A stretch of 64,000 nucleotides of DNA from Octopus bimaculoides (taxonomy: Eukaryota). The translations under genes and the position numbers were made by a program. The first letter of the stretch is position 1, and the number at the start of each line of letters is the position of its first letter. Under the pieces are notes generated by a model, which did not search any database, was not told where the DNA came from, and saw only the letters and a program-made list of their open reading frames with translations. The stretch covers positions 28,149,916 to 28,213,915 of the forward strand of contig NC_069003.1 of NCBI RefSeq assembly GCF_001194135.2, read 5' to 3'. Below, one piece after another: positions 13,764 through 27,043 of this stretch.

Positions 13764-15580
13764 GAATGAAAAAATATGTTTGAAAATTAACCTGGTAAGT
13801 TATATTCACAATCTTCCTCCACAAATTAAAAATATTTTGAAGTGATTTTGATTAAAAACAAATTATCAGCAAATATGTTAATTTAAAAACTAATTGCTTT
13901 TTTCCTATATTATTTTAAAAGGCATATCCCAGAAAATTTCTTTGAAATATATATGAAATGAAATACAAAGTTTCTGCATATTATCCAACTGAATGACAAT
14001 AACTATGAAGAACCATACAGAGAATTTAAGGGACTGGTTTTAGATTAAATATAAGAATATACTATACAGATGAGATTGAAACAAGAAAATTATTATAAAT
14101 TCTTAATATTAAGAGTGGCTATATTTAGTGCATTTATGTTCTATGTCTTATAATGTTGAAGTTTCATAATGAAAAATTAACATTTAATCAAAATGTTAAA
14201 TTTAAAAGAAAAAAAATTCTAGTTTAAATTTTAGTTTACTCAAGTAAAGTAAATTCACCAAGAACATGTATTTTCAAACAGTATGATTTTGTGAAACTAT
14301 ATAAAGTAAATAAGTTGTATCATGTTGATTATATAAAGATAATGGATGAAATAAATGCTTAACCAATAACATAATTTTTTCAAATTAACTAAAAATTTCT
14401 ATTTGTCAATAATATTTGAAATAAGATGATAATATTTTGTTAATTTATAAAAATAACTCATTCTTTTACTGTAAAATGGTATTTTATAAATGTTTAACTG
14501 ATGAGATATTTGTAGTTAATTTGAGTTCCATAAAATGAAAATAAAAGAAATTTTGAAATATCAATAACTGACAAAATTTAAAATTGATTTAAAAGTGGTT
14601 TTTCTTACTGCATAAATATATGTTGTAACATTTAAATAACAAAAAGAAAATCATATACTTACAAATGGTTGTGTGTAAAAATAGAATTAATGTAAATATC
14701 ATGATAAATTTATACAGTTAATAATGAAAACCATGGAATGATAAACAAAATGAAATTTTGCATCGTTCATACTTAGAAAAATCATTTAAATAACATTTAA
14801 ATAACAGAGTCAAGTACAAAATATGACATTTGTTTAAAAGTTATGTAAGAAATGTTAAATTTAAATAACTCTGAAATAATATTTTTGAGAAACCAATTAG
14901 CTGTAAAAAAGGAAATTAATGATAAAAGAAATGCATAAGTTCAGGAAATATTAACATTGTCTGTAAAAGGAAATGAACTTTTACTATTAGTACAGCTTCA
15001 ATATTTCATAATATTATCAGCAGGGTTGGCTTCAGGATTATCAGAATAATCATTTTCTCAACATGTGTATTTTGGAGGAAAAAAAATTACATTCAAAGAT
15101 AAATTGTTAATCTTCAATTCACTTGAGCTTGAAATTGTATTAGTTTTATTTATGATTTAAAACATTGTGTGAGATTATTTCGATACCTTCTACAAACCCT
15201 CCCACTAAAAAAACGCATGTTTAATTTCTGTCATGTTTAAACCAATCCTGCTTAACAACATACAAAGAAACACTTCAAAGATTAATAGATGTACACAAAG
15301 TTTGAAGGTAAAATGTAAAAGTAACATTTGCAAAAGATGAAACAATAGAATTCATTTAAAACATAGACAATGAAAACAAAATATCAATTACATATGGCAC
15401 TTAAATAATAGTAAATATAATTTGGTCAATTTAAATATTAAACAATAATATTTTAATAAGATATTGTAAAATTTAATTATAAATACACCTTATTACTTAT
15501 AATTACACACTTTAATTATTTCAAGATAAGTGTTTTAATTTCAGTTTTAATTATGCAAAAAATTGTAATTATCAACATAC

Positions 15581-15595
15581 CTGGTGGTGTGCGAA
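15581..15595 (-). CDS. 15-nt microexon, (V)RTPP
   Basis: Acceptor tttttttcag, donor G|GTATGT, phase 1-1, GC-rich island in an AT-rich intron. Confidence 0.65.
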
Positions 15596-15719
15596 CTGAA
15601 AAAAATTTATAGAAAGAAAAGAAATAAGTATATTCCTTATAAGAATATTTAAAACTTAATATTTTGTCATTAAATTTTATAAATAGCTGAAACAAAAATT
15701 ATTTTATTGTTTAATTCCA

Positions 15720-16260
15720 TCAGTAGACTGGCAAGCCAGGTTAACAAACCTTTTGAAATTCTTGGTTAGTTTGATATAGTCTGAAAGAGAAACACGGTCC
15801 ATTGTTCCTTTAGATGCTTCTTCTGTTTTGAAGAATGTTGATAAGAGAATGAAGTTAAATTGACTGACTTTTAATTAGAACTGCTAAAATTTAGGAAGTT
15901 ATATTAGAAGTGTGATGAGGTACTGGGACAAATATTAAACATGGTCTCCATAGTGGTGAAATGAGACACTAGAAATAGAGATGTGAATGATCCAAACATG
16001 TTTATGTGAGGGTTATAGAATGATTAGATTCTGTGGGGATATATGAAATTGGAAAGAAATGAGCTGCTGGATGTGTAATGTCAGCATGTAATGAACAACA
16101 AAGTACAAGTATGCTGAAAAACAAAATTGGCATCATGCTTCATGTCAAATCAGATGAATGCGAATAGACAAAGTTGTTATCTATGGATAATTTTTAATTG
16201 CAATGGATTATAAAGGTGAATGATCTTGTTTTCTAAGACAGAATTTTTATCTGTGTTGGT
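15720..16260 (-). mobile_element. Degenerate remnant possibly related to 1650-2580
   Basis: Short shared words (ttctgtggggRtatat, gactgact) in the same order. Confidence 0.3.
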
Positions 16261-16384
16261 TATCTAGTCAAAGCTAGATAACAAGCATGCATAAACATTA
16301 CATCACAAATAAATTACAATGATTAGACAATACATGTGTACTATCTCAATTATACTTCTAATATCCTTTATAATTATTTTTTCA

Positions 16385-16590
16385 TTGCCCATAGAGGGCT
16401 AAATATAGAGGGGACAAACAAGGAGAGACAAAAGGATTAAGTCAATTACATCGACCCCACTGCATAACTGGTACTTATTTAATCGACCCTGAAAGGATGA
16501 AAGGCAAAATCGACCTCAGTGGAATTTTCACTCAGGATGTAATGGCAGACAAAATACTGCTAAGCATTTCACCCAGCTCACCGCTAATAT
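16385..16590 (-). mobile_element. SINE, same family
   Basis: tcgaccctgaaaggatgaaaggcaaaatcgacctc core. Confidence 0.75.
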
Positions 16591-17349
16591 CCCTTATAAT
16601 GGATAACAGAGCTCATGCTTATATTATAACAGATAAAGGAGATATTTTTTCCCTATCTACACTATTTATATTACTTAAAATACTATAATATTTACTATAC
16701 AGTGTTGATATTCTATGAGATTAATAAACAATTTCATTTTTAACTAAATAATTGAGTTCAAAGTGAGGTTGTTTTGTGTCCCACCAAGGCTGATTTGGCC
16801 TTCCAAATGTATACAAATTCTTGGAAAGGCCAGGAAAATTATGTAACTGACAAAATAGTATATACTTGAAAAACATCTGAGACAAAAGAACTGAGACACA
16901 GTAGTGTATATGAAAGAGAAAGCAAACTTTTGGACAAAAGACAACTGTGATGTGTTACTCAGGTTTGATACCAAATCAGAACTTTGATAATATTGGCACT
17001 GATAATATTGGACATTGTTGGGAGTATTATAACTTTTCCTTTCATTAGATAATATACCTAAAACACCATGTATATCTAACAATGATAACTAAATCAATAT
17101 GAAATCTGATGAAGTATGTAGAAAAAAGACCAATGAAACTACAAGTAAATATATATTATAACATAATTATGCCCTATTTTACAAATATGCACATACAAAT
17201 GGTTCATATTTTATGTCAGTCATAAGAGAAAAACTTGTAGTTATTAGACCCAAGCAAAAATGATTTAAAAATCAAACTTTGAAGGTTTTAAATGTAACAT
17301 ATTCAAGTGTCAGATAATCAGCTCCATATTTTTCAAATATTTATCTTAC

Positions 17350-17388
17350 CAGTTATAACATCCACAGGTATTATAGCTGGAGGTGCAG
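17350..17388 (-). CDS. A-type repeat exon with mutated acceptor (GG); possible 27-nt use 17350-17376, (A)IIPVDVIT
   Basis: Aligns to the 39-nt A exons and the donor is intact. The acceptor reads tttttgatgg. An internal in-frame ctccag lies 12 nt downstream. Confidence 0.45.
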
Positions 17389-17645
17389 CCATCAAAAACA
17401 TATTGTCTTATATATGAGATGAATAAACAAATATATTCTTAACAAAAATAAATTTCAGGAAATATATTGGGGGAGAGAGAGAGAGAGAGATACTTTTTAC
17501 AGCTAACAACTCAACAGAAAGTGAATTATGATTGCAATCTATTTACACTTTGGAAAGTAGTTCAAAATGATAAGTAAGGGTTTATATACAAATTATTTTA
17601 AGCACATCATTTATAGTTCAAGTGACTTTATGTATGTACTATTTA

Positions 17646-17650
<5 letters not shown>

Positions 17651-17685
<35 letters not shown>
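17651..17685. repeat. (TA)n microsatellite
   Basis: Direct reading. Confidence 0.95.
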
Positions 17686-17690
<5 letters not shown>

Positions 17691-17780
17691 TCATGGAAAA
17701 TTAATAATAATAAAAGTGACATTTTTTTTATTATGGAGGAAAAAAGTTTGTATATTTAAGTATTTCTAACTATGCTTTTA

Positions 17781-17981
17781 GTTTGTATTGACTCCAGTAC
17801 TTATTTTTTTAAAGCCTGGTACTCATTCTGTTGGTTTCTATTGCTGAACCTCAAAGTTATAGGAACATAAATACACCAACACCGGTTGTCAAGTGCTGGT
17901 ATAGGGACAAACACAGATACAAAGACACACACACATAAATGTATATATACTGGATAGGCTTCTTACAGATTCCGTCTATGA
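17781..17981. repeat. 201-bp exact duplicate of 21958-22158
   Basis: Identical base by base on inspection. Confidence 0.85.
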
Positions 17982-20900
17982 TGCATCTCTAAATACATTA
18001 TGAGTTCTCAGAATAAATCACATTGCTGCAGTTGCGTGAGGTACTGTAGGTGAAAGATGATTGTATTAAAATTTGTAGCTCCTTAAAATGAAGCATCCAA
18101 GAATGACAATCACTTAACTTCAACACTAGGAACTGGTAATTATTATAATTTGTCATATTCATCTACTACTCTTTACTTTTATAACATTTGTATCTCAATT
18201 TACTTTTACATTAATTATGGCCTTAATAGAATGCCCGAGAGTAATAATAATATATATGCTTTCAGACTACATGACACTCATATCTACCCTGTCATGAATC
18301 TCCGACAGTTTTACTGGAAGGTAAGTTCTTCTAATAAAACTAAATGCTCAATTTGTTAAATAAAAAACAAAAGGATAGTCAAATACAATATATTTCATAA
18401 TACAACTATAAAATCCCATGACGATGGTCATGGGTATAAAGTAATTTACTACCGTTACTTGAATGAACAAAATATAAAGAAAACAAATTCACTGAAATAG
18501 TTAATGTGACCATCATAATCTCACTAGTTTATATCAGTATTGTTAAATGTTTGAAAAACAATAAACTGCTTTTCATAATCTCTTATCAGCCAATGCTTTA
18601 TCAATTTCCATTTACAATTTCTTAAATAAACATGATAGAAACATAAAACAAATTCAAAACTATAACATACAATGTAACATTCACAAACCAAACAAAACAA
18701 ATGACAACAACATGATAATCTCCAATTCTTCAATATGAGTTTTTAACAAAGCTGAACAAAAAATTAATCATAAAAAGATCATATCATTTGTTAGAATAAC
18801 AGAACTATTTATTGTTAAACTTTGTTATATTTGGAGTCTAGATATTTATGAGTATATATTTTTATATCATGCATAGCTGTCTGTAATTAACACAATAATC
18901 AAACATTAAAATTCCTATGAACATTTTTTTAAACATGCCTTATATAATATTTTGAAATTAAAATTATTTGTTGTCATAGAATACTTCAATATCATGTTTA
19001 CAAATCTTCATTTAAGTCACTATACTATCTGCTGAACAATACCTGTCAGGAGAAAAGTAATTTCATCATTTTATTTAGAGCTGTGCACCCTGTCAGTTAT
19101 CACACTAATCTTGACTTTGTTCAGAGCTAAATGAAACAAATCATGAAACCATGATTTAATGAGGCATGATATTGCACAAAAGTATCAAAACAGCTGATGC
19201 CATGAAGCCTGAATGTAGATACCATCTGAATAACATATTGGCATACAGCCTCATTACAACTCAGTTTGAACAAAAACTAGAGCCTGCTTTATCAAATAAA
19301 AGAAAGCAATCACTGACACTTTTAAGACAATCTGAGTGTTCTAAAAATGTCACTCCTGGCTATTTCATCAATTTTATAATAAGCTAGTATCATTTTTTCA
19401 TTCTTTTTTTTTTTTTTGCACTAAAGACAGTGTAAATATCATTTCATTTGAAACTTGTTCTTATGAAATCTACAGTATGAATTGTAAGTGAAATTGGAAT
19501 GATTTTCAAAGAATACACAAAAGACCAAGGAGAATATTTGCATTCACAAGAATTGCACCACACCCAGAGATGGATTATTACTAAGTGATCAAATATTGTC
19601 ATATTAATAACTGAGAAAGTATTACAGTACAAGGTAATAGTGTCTTAATAATACAGGTTTGAAGGACACACACTCAACCATATACTACTTGAAAGAAAAA
19701 TATATCAAAAGAAAAATACCTCTTGAAAACAATGGCATTCTAAAAATTCAGAGTAAAGGTGCAAGTGCACTGCTGGAAATACAATATTTGAAATTCATGA
19801 TATTCTAGCAACTTTCTAACATTGACTCTTTAAAAAAGACAAGAGGAATTTTTCACTTTCAGGAAATCATTGTTCTTGCTGAGAGTGATCAGCAAGCCAG
19901 TCAAGAAACACTTACAAAAATCAAAAGTATTTAGAAATTCTTGACAATTAGGAGACTGTTGCTCTTCTTCTGTTGGATGGGAAGACATTTTCAGAAGTAT
20001 TACTCCAAAAATTATTTGTGAGAAAGATACTTCACAAAACACTAAAAATATCTTCTACCTATACCAATTGTAAGAAAGTTTCAATGAACAGAATCCATAG
20101 ACCCTAAAACAAACATTAAAAAACTGTTAACTGTACTAATTTATACTAATACCTGGGCTAAAGTACATGCACTGCTACTCTTTTAAGCATCTATAGATTT
20201 TTATGTAATAATTAGAATAAAACTAAAGACGGAAGTCTAGTTTACATGGCTTTATGGTTCATTGTTGGGAAATGCTACAAAATTTCTCTCCAATTCTATT
20301 CTATATGTTCTCAGTCTTCTTACATTTTATTTTTTCAGATACACACACAAACATAGACAGGTAATGTGTCCTGAATCCATAAGAAATTATCGTTTCTACA
20401 GTGCTTATTCAAGAGAGATGCAGCATTGACTATTTCTAAGGATGAACTCTTATTTTATTTTATTTTATTATTTTATTCCTTATGTATACAATCTGACCAA
20501 AATATTATATTACACACCATTGTTTACTGAATATCAACTGCTGCCATAAGCTTCTTTGCATCCTCAAAAGCAGGAATTTACAGAATTCTTGATATCAATT
20601 TACATTTATCACCTGTAAAACCATAGCCTTACAGGGAAAATCTTTACAGAACAGCAGTTTGCTTTTTTGTGGTGGTGTGTGGGGAGAAATAACAACATGC
20701 AAAACCATGCAAAACCCCACCAGTTATTTTTAAAGTTTTGTATTCATTCTTAAATAATATATAAGCCATAAAAAATAATGATAACTTCAATATTTATTTA
20801 TTTATATATTCTCCAGTATTTTGTTTGCAACAAAATATTAAAGTATATCTCATAAAGAAGTTCTCAAACAATAACAGTACATTAACAGTAACAATAAGCA

Positions 20901-21066
20901 CAAACAAACACTTACTTATAACAGTAACAATAAAACAATTAGAAAAAAACATAAACATACAGATTAAGACAAAATGATTAAACATTCAACATGTAAGATT
21001 TAAAATATGAAATATCATTTTTGTGTTAGACATATTAGCTATTTTTATCAGGTTCTAATTTCTTAC

Positions 21067-21105
21067 CAGACAAAATTTCCACAGGCTCTATAGGAGGAGG
21101 TACAA
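21067..21105 (-). CDS. 39-nt A-type exon, (V)VPPPIEPVEILS
   Basis: ttttaacag / G|GTAAGA, phase 1-1. Confidence 0.8.
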
Positions 21106-21884
21106 CTGTTAAAATATACATATATTCTTTTGTGAGGAAGAGAAAATATCTTTTGGTGAAGGATATATTTCAAAATAGAGTGAGCCCTATATATGAATGA
21201 TTATTCTTTATGTTATAAAAATGCAATATAAATTAAGTGTAAAGCAATGCAACATGTTGGTATTTTGCCAAAGAAGACAGATGATCATAAATTGATTTTA
21301 CTTTTAAATCTATGAGTTAAAAAAAACTCTTTACATTATCAATAAAAAATCGTGATTTGCAGTAATTGTTGGTCTTTAGCCCCATGTCATCTTTGAATAG
21401 GCAGGCCAGCAGTAATTTTTCCCAGCTTTTACTTTGTTTTAAGAATTTCTGTAAATGAGAGAGCCTGATATAATCACTTGATCTGCTAGAAATAACAGCT
21501 GAATTACTTTCAAGTTACACCTCATTACTATGATTTGCAAGAATTTTGTTTTGGTGCAAAAGGTCATTTTTGATGTAATACCAATAATATGATAATTACA
21601 TATTTGACCTAAAAGGAATGAAACTAACTCTGCCAACTTTTTTTTTTCTATGTATGAAATGAGCCTTTATAATACCAGTGATATTAATTATCCAAGTAAA
21701 AAGAGGGGATTTACTATTTAAGGACTTGCAGATCAAATTCACTACTTCTCAGTGCCTGGTATCAAACCAGTTTGTATTCTAGGTGATATAAAAATATAAT
21801 ACTGTATTCTATTAGTAATACTATACCCTGCTCTATCTATGAGTGCCTGTGTTTCTCTGACTCAGGGACTTTTAGACAACTATA

Positions 21885-22282
21885 TCTTTCATCTTACACT
21901 TGTTTCAGTCATTAAACTGTGGCCATGTTGAGGTACTACCTTGAAGAATTTTTAGTCGTTTGTATTGACTCCAGTACTTATTTTTTTAAAGCCTGGTACT
22001 CATTCTGTTGGTTTCTATTGCTGAACCTCAAAGTTATAGGAACATAAATACACCAACACCGGTTGTCAAGTGCTGGTATAGGGACAAACACAGATACAAA
22101 GACACACACACATAAATGTATATATACTGGATAGGCTTCTTACAGATTCCGTCTATGAAATCCACCCACAAGACTTGACTTGGCCTGAGGCTATAGTAGA
22201 AGAGATGTACTACGCAGTGGAACTGAACCCAGAACCACATGGTTGGGAATCAAACTTCTTACTATACAACCATGCCTGCACC
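21885..22282 (-). mobile_element. SINE of a third family (internal CA/TA tract)
   Basis: cttgtttcagtcatt...ggccatg at one end and a tRNA-like head (ggaactgaacccagaaccacatggttggg) at the other. Confidence 0.8.
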
Positions 22283-22429
22283 TAACTATATATATATGTG
22301 TGTGTGTTAACATTTTAGGTAAGATATATCGAATTACATTCACTGCTGACAACAATAAAATAATTATAACAAAATATTTGACTGAAACATAATATTTCTT
22401 TACAAAGGAGATAACAGTCTTAAAATAAT

Positions 22430-22636
22430 TTTTTTTTTCTACTCTAGGCACAAGGCCCGAAATTTTTTGGGAGGGAGCCAATCGATAAGATCGACCCCAG
22501 TACACAACTGGCACTTAATTTATCGACCCCAAAAGGATGAAATCCAAAGCTGACATCGGCAGAACTTGGACTCAGAATGTAAAGACAGACAAAATACCTC
22601 TAAGTATTTTGCCCAGTGTGCTAATGTTTCTGCCAG
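22430..22636 (-). mobile_element. SINE, same family as 35987
   Basis: Shared ctactctaggcacaaggc...gaccccaaaaggatgaaa...gaactcagaa sequence. Confidence 0.85.
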
Positions 22637-23536
22637 AGTTATGAATGTATAGCTCAATCTTCAAAACTTTGTAACATCAAATGACTAGCAAGTTCATCAT
22701 TAAGATACAGAAACCAATATTTGGAACATGGGTATGTCATTTTAACTACATAATACATTCAAGTAGTTAAAATGATGATGACACAGTCTTATGCCTTATT
22801 AGATCCTGTCAAGCTGTTCAACCAGTGCCTGCATGGAAAATGAATGCTAAATTAAGGTGAATGGTATTATATGCAGTCTTAAGATTTTTGTCTTTCTAAA
22901 TAATATTTTTACTAAAGATATAAGTTATATGCATAAAGGGACTACTTATTTACCTGAACCAATTTCATTATCACAAAAAGATGACGAAGCACTGAAATAC
23001 CTGGCGCTGTGCTGTACTCAAAAAGACTCATCCTAAACAGTAGCAGTGTTAAGGGTGCTTCTCTTGGTGAGGAGGATTGGCCTGAAAGAGTCCAGTGCCA
23101 GTGCCACATTAAAAGCACCCAGTACACACTGTAAAGTGGTAGGCATTAGGAAGGGCATCCAACCATAGAAACCAAGCCAAATAAGACTGATACAGCTCTC
23201 CAGTTCCAGTCAAAGTGTCCAACCCAAGCCAGCATGGAAAACAGACGTTAAAGGATGACTATGGTGATGATTTTATATATATATAATATATAGGTATTGG
23301 TGTGCCTGTAGAGTTAAGAAGTTTGCCTCACAATCACATGCTACTCTGTAGATCTATGAGTGCAAAATTAACTTCATTAACTATTTGCCATGTCTGCACT
23401 GATTTAAGATACACACCTATAACTGATAATAATACAAAGATATTCCGTCAGCATTATGCATCTCTATGACTAGTGATCATATAAATTCTAAGGAAATTGA
23501 CAAACTGAATTTGTATTTCTTATGCACACGCACACG

Positions 23537-23539
<3 letters not shown>

Positions 23540-23574
<35 letters not shown>
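23540..23574. repeat. (CA)n microsatellite
   Basis: Direct reading. Confidence 0.95.
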
Positions 23575-23577
<3 letters not shown>

Positions 23578-23812
23578 ATAGTGATTTCACACTAAAAGAG
23601 AGAATTTACATTCACTATTAAGAACAAGAATAACTGCAAAAGTATTAAAAAATAATTGTTTAAATGTTAATAATAATATTTTAAATACATATAATGAATT
23701 AAATATATTGTTATTAGGCTATGACTTTTTTTTATCAAATATTGTACTGCAAAGTTAAATAGTGATCATGGTTAGAATTATTGGCTATATGCTTGTTGAT
23801 TACTAATCTTAC

Positions 23813-23840
23813 CAGTTTCAATTTCCAGTTTTAATTACAG
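23813..23840 (-). pseudogene. Decayed A-type exon
   Basis: The donor and its flanking intron block are retained. The exon body is truncated after cagtttcaatttcca, with no nearby acceptor. Confidence 0.55.
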
Positions 23841-24022
23841 AATATAAAGAATGAAAAATTTTCAACATGATATATATTTGAATAAGTGAAAAGAGAAATA
23901 TGTTAATGTATGATTATATCAGGATTGAGTCGTAAAAAAAAATGTCAATTCAGAAGAATGATTTTAAATCATATTAATGAGAGATGTTAGACTAACTTCA
24001 AAATACAGTAGCAGCCATAATA

Positions 24023-25276
24023 TAAGGGTCGGTAAAAACAAGTGTATTGAAATAGTTATTATAGAAGATTAAAAACACATTGAGACTAAATATTTTACAC
24101 ATGTTTAGTTATATCTAATATTCATCCTTCGTGAAAATTTCAAGTGAATGGAGTAAATATTCCGTATGTTATGAGGAAATACAAACAATCTTCCAAATTG
24201 CAGCGGCCTAAAGTTAAGGGTCACATAGAAAAAATGAATTACTAACCGAGGTATTTTTTGTTTAGAAGAATGTTAATGGGCTAACAGTTAGTTCTTATGA
24301 TCTTACATTATTGGCACCTTCAACTGTCAACATGGCAGCTTGTAAGAGACGACCGGTATCCTGTAATGAAAAACAAGGGATTGTGTGCCTTCACCAAGAG
24401 AACAAGTCAAATTCTGTGATAGCAACTACTGTAGGAAGGTCTAGAAGTGTTGTGCAATGAATTATAATTCATTTTAAGTCATTAGGATTGACAATTGCTA
24501 AATCCAAAACTGGTAGACCTCATAAAACTTCACCAAGACAGGATTGTATTATGGTTAGAATGTCACTGAAGGACAGGTTTAAGAGAGCTGCTGAAATATC
24601 CCACAAGTTTAGCTCCACTTCTGATGTCAACATATTTCACAAAACAGTTTTTTGGAGGTTACAAGGTTCTGGGTTGCTTGCTCAGGCACTGGCAAAGCAG
24701 ATTTTTAGACAACATACCCTTCCACATCTCTGATACTTGTCAGTTCAACCTCCTATCTTCATGCAGGACTGCTCCTTGTCACACTGCGAAGAGAGTCAAA
24801 CAAAGATTTTTTGAGTGATGAAGAGGCTGATCTCATGGATTGGCTACCTCAATCTCAACCCTATAGAAAACTTTTAGAAGATTATTGGATTACTGGAAAT
24901 GGGGCACAAAGGAGAAATCCAAAGAACCAAGATGAACTCTGGGGAATTATTGAAAAATGAATGGAACAATAATACTCCATCATTTTGTGAGAAATTAATT
25001 CAGTGATAACAGATGTCAGGAAGTCATAGATAGTAAAGGGATGTTCACAAAATATTAATAGTAATGGATTCTTTTTTGTTCTTGTTCCATTTTTCATTGT
25101 TTTTCTAAGTGACACTTAACTTTTGGCCATTTTACAAAATATTTATTCCATTCACTTGAAATTTTCACGAAAGATGGATATTAGATATATCTAAATATGT
25201 GTAAAATATCTAGCGTCAACATTTTGTTAATCTTCTACAATAAATATTTCAATAAACTTGTTCCTATTGACCCTTA
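24023..25276 (+). mobile_element. Internally deleted Tc1-like DNA transposon
   Basis: Roughly 200-bp TIRs (taagggtc... / ...gaccctta). A broken transposase runs from ATG 24332, with an HTH-like N-terminus and GRPHKTSPRQD, and a WLPQS-LNPIEN remnant near 24840. Confidence 0.85.
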
Positions 25277-25278
25277 TG

Positions 25279-25511
25279 CAGGGTTGGCCAAAAGTCACCC
25301 AACAGCAAATCAAAATTCCAGAAACATCTCTACTTCTGTAATAATAACTTGAATGGAAAAATATGTCGCTCAAGAAGGACTTCAGTTTGAACAATTTTCA
25401 TGATGTTTCAGACTTGGATACTTTTATTAAATTCATTCACTTGTTAAACATAAATAAATCTTGGAATTAAATAGTTTTGATTTACCGTCAGGTGACTTTT
25501 GGCCAACACTG
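25279..25511. mobile_element. Tc1/mariner-type MITE (233 bp)
   Basis: TIRs cagggttggccaaaagtcacc / ggtgacttttggccaacactg, with TA on the right flank. Confidence 0.8.
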
Positions 25512-26346
25512 TATTATGGTCACTACTGTACTTTGATGAAATAACTTTTTGATACATTATCAATTTTTAAGTCAGTAAAAGGTTCATTATCAAATAATTG
25601 TATTACACATTTGTAACACAAAGTTTTTAACAAAAAAAAGAAAAAACCTCCATAACATAAAATACTGAAACATTATCAAGAATACACACACAATGTTGAA
25701 TGTATGTATTTCTGACTTCAATCTATTATTATGAGTTATAAAAAAAAACATCGATTATGATTTTTTTATCATCCATGTATAACATGCAAAACAGTAGTGT
25801 CCTATAAAAATAATTTGATATTTAATGTTGACATCCCAAAATATTGCTAATGTTTATAATGCTGATATCTAATAATACTGATAGCACATGATTTAATGAG
25901 GAAACTGTTGATTTTCTAGGGTAAATAGAGAAAAATAGCCATGTCTAAATGTATGACTATTGTTACAAACATACACAAAAACACATATATAAACGAAGAA
26001 ATAATGAATATTTTTGCCCTAAATTGGATGTAATATAGTGAAAATAAACTTAGTGCTATATATCAATAAAATGGCATGAAATAATGGATCTTTTAAGTAT
26101 ATTTAAATTCTTTTAATTCATTCTACTAAAACAGATATCAATAATTCCAAATAATTAATGCATGAAAATAATCACATAGTATGATCAGTATTAATTTTGA
26201 TTTTATTTCACACTATCATCCAGAGATTTTGTCCCAAACATTTGTTAGAACACTACACTGATGTAATAATCTCAATAAGTATGCAATTTCTTCATAGCAT
26301 TAATGGGAAAGGTTTAAATTTAAGAAATCTACAAAATATTATACAT

Positions 26347-26749
26347 AGGTGTAGGAGTAACTGTGTGCCAAGAAGTTTGTTTCCCAACTACAGTTTAAGG
26401 TCCAACTCTATTGCATGGCATCTTGGGCAAGAGTCTTCCACTGCAACTCCTCCAAGGTTGACCAAAAACTTGTGTGTGGATCTGGTAGATGGAAGCTGAA
26501 AGAAGCTTACTATGCATGTGCGTGTTACTGTTTCCTTGCCTTGACATTGCATAATAGTTGTAAATGCAAGTGGTGTCCTTCATTTCTAATCTACCATGAA
26601 ACCATGTTTGGTCATGAGGAATATGACTTACTTGGAAATAGATGAAGGTTGGAAACAGTAACGGCATACAGCCATAGAAAATCTACCTAAACAAATTTCA
26701 TCTGGCCCATGCAAGCATGGAAAAGTGGACATCAAAATAATGATGATGA
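26347..26749 (+). mobile_element. SINE with related head and (ATG)n-type tail
   Basis: tRNA-like head, ggcatcttgggcaag box, 3' gcatggaaaagtggac...atgatgatga. Confidence 0.7.
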
Positions 26750-27010
26750 ATTTCTCATACTCTCTTATATGATAACATACATGACTGACAATTTAGACAT
26801 GAAGGATGGCTACACATACATACACACACACACACACATACACACAATTTTGGTGAGAGTGAAGTTATGAATATTAGATTTTCTTTCACAGGTAAAAGTT
26901 GGCATGATAATATATTAGAATATAACATACACATGAAAATACTGTCAAGTTAAATAGAGTTCAAGGTTAGAATTATTAGCTATGTATTTTTCAAATGCTT
27001 ATTTTCTTAC

Positions 27011-27043
27011 CAGTTGCAATTTCCGCAGGTATGACAGGGGGAG
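27011..27043 (-). CDS. 33-nt A-type exon, (A)PPVIPAEIAT
   Basis: tttttaacag / G|GTAAGA; in-frame 6-nt deletion relative to the 39-nt copies. Confidence 0.8.

Noticed and set aside
14660-14771. Strong GTAAGT donor with an upstream ttttctaag
   Set aside because: Stops in all three frames.
19640-20190. Possible hAT transposase C-terminal remnant
   Set aside because: The motif similarity is too weak and no TIRs were found.
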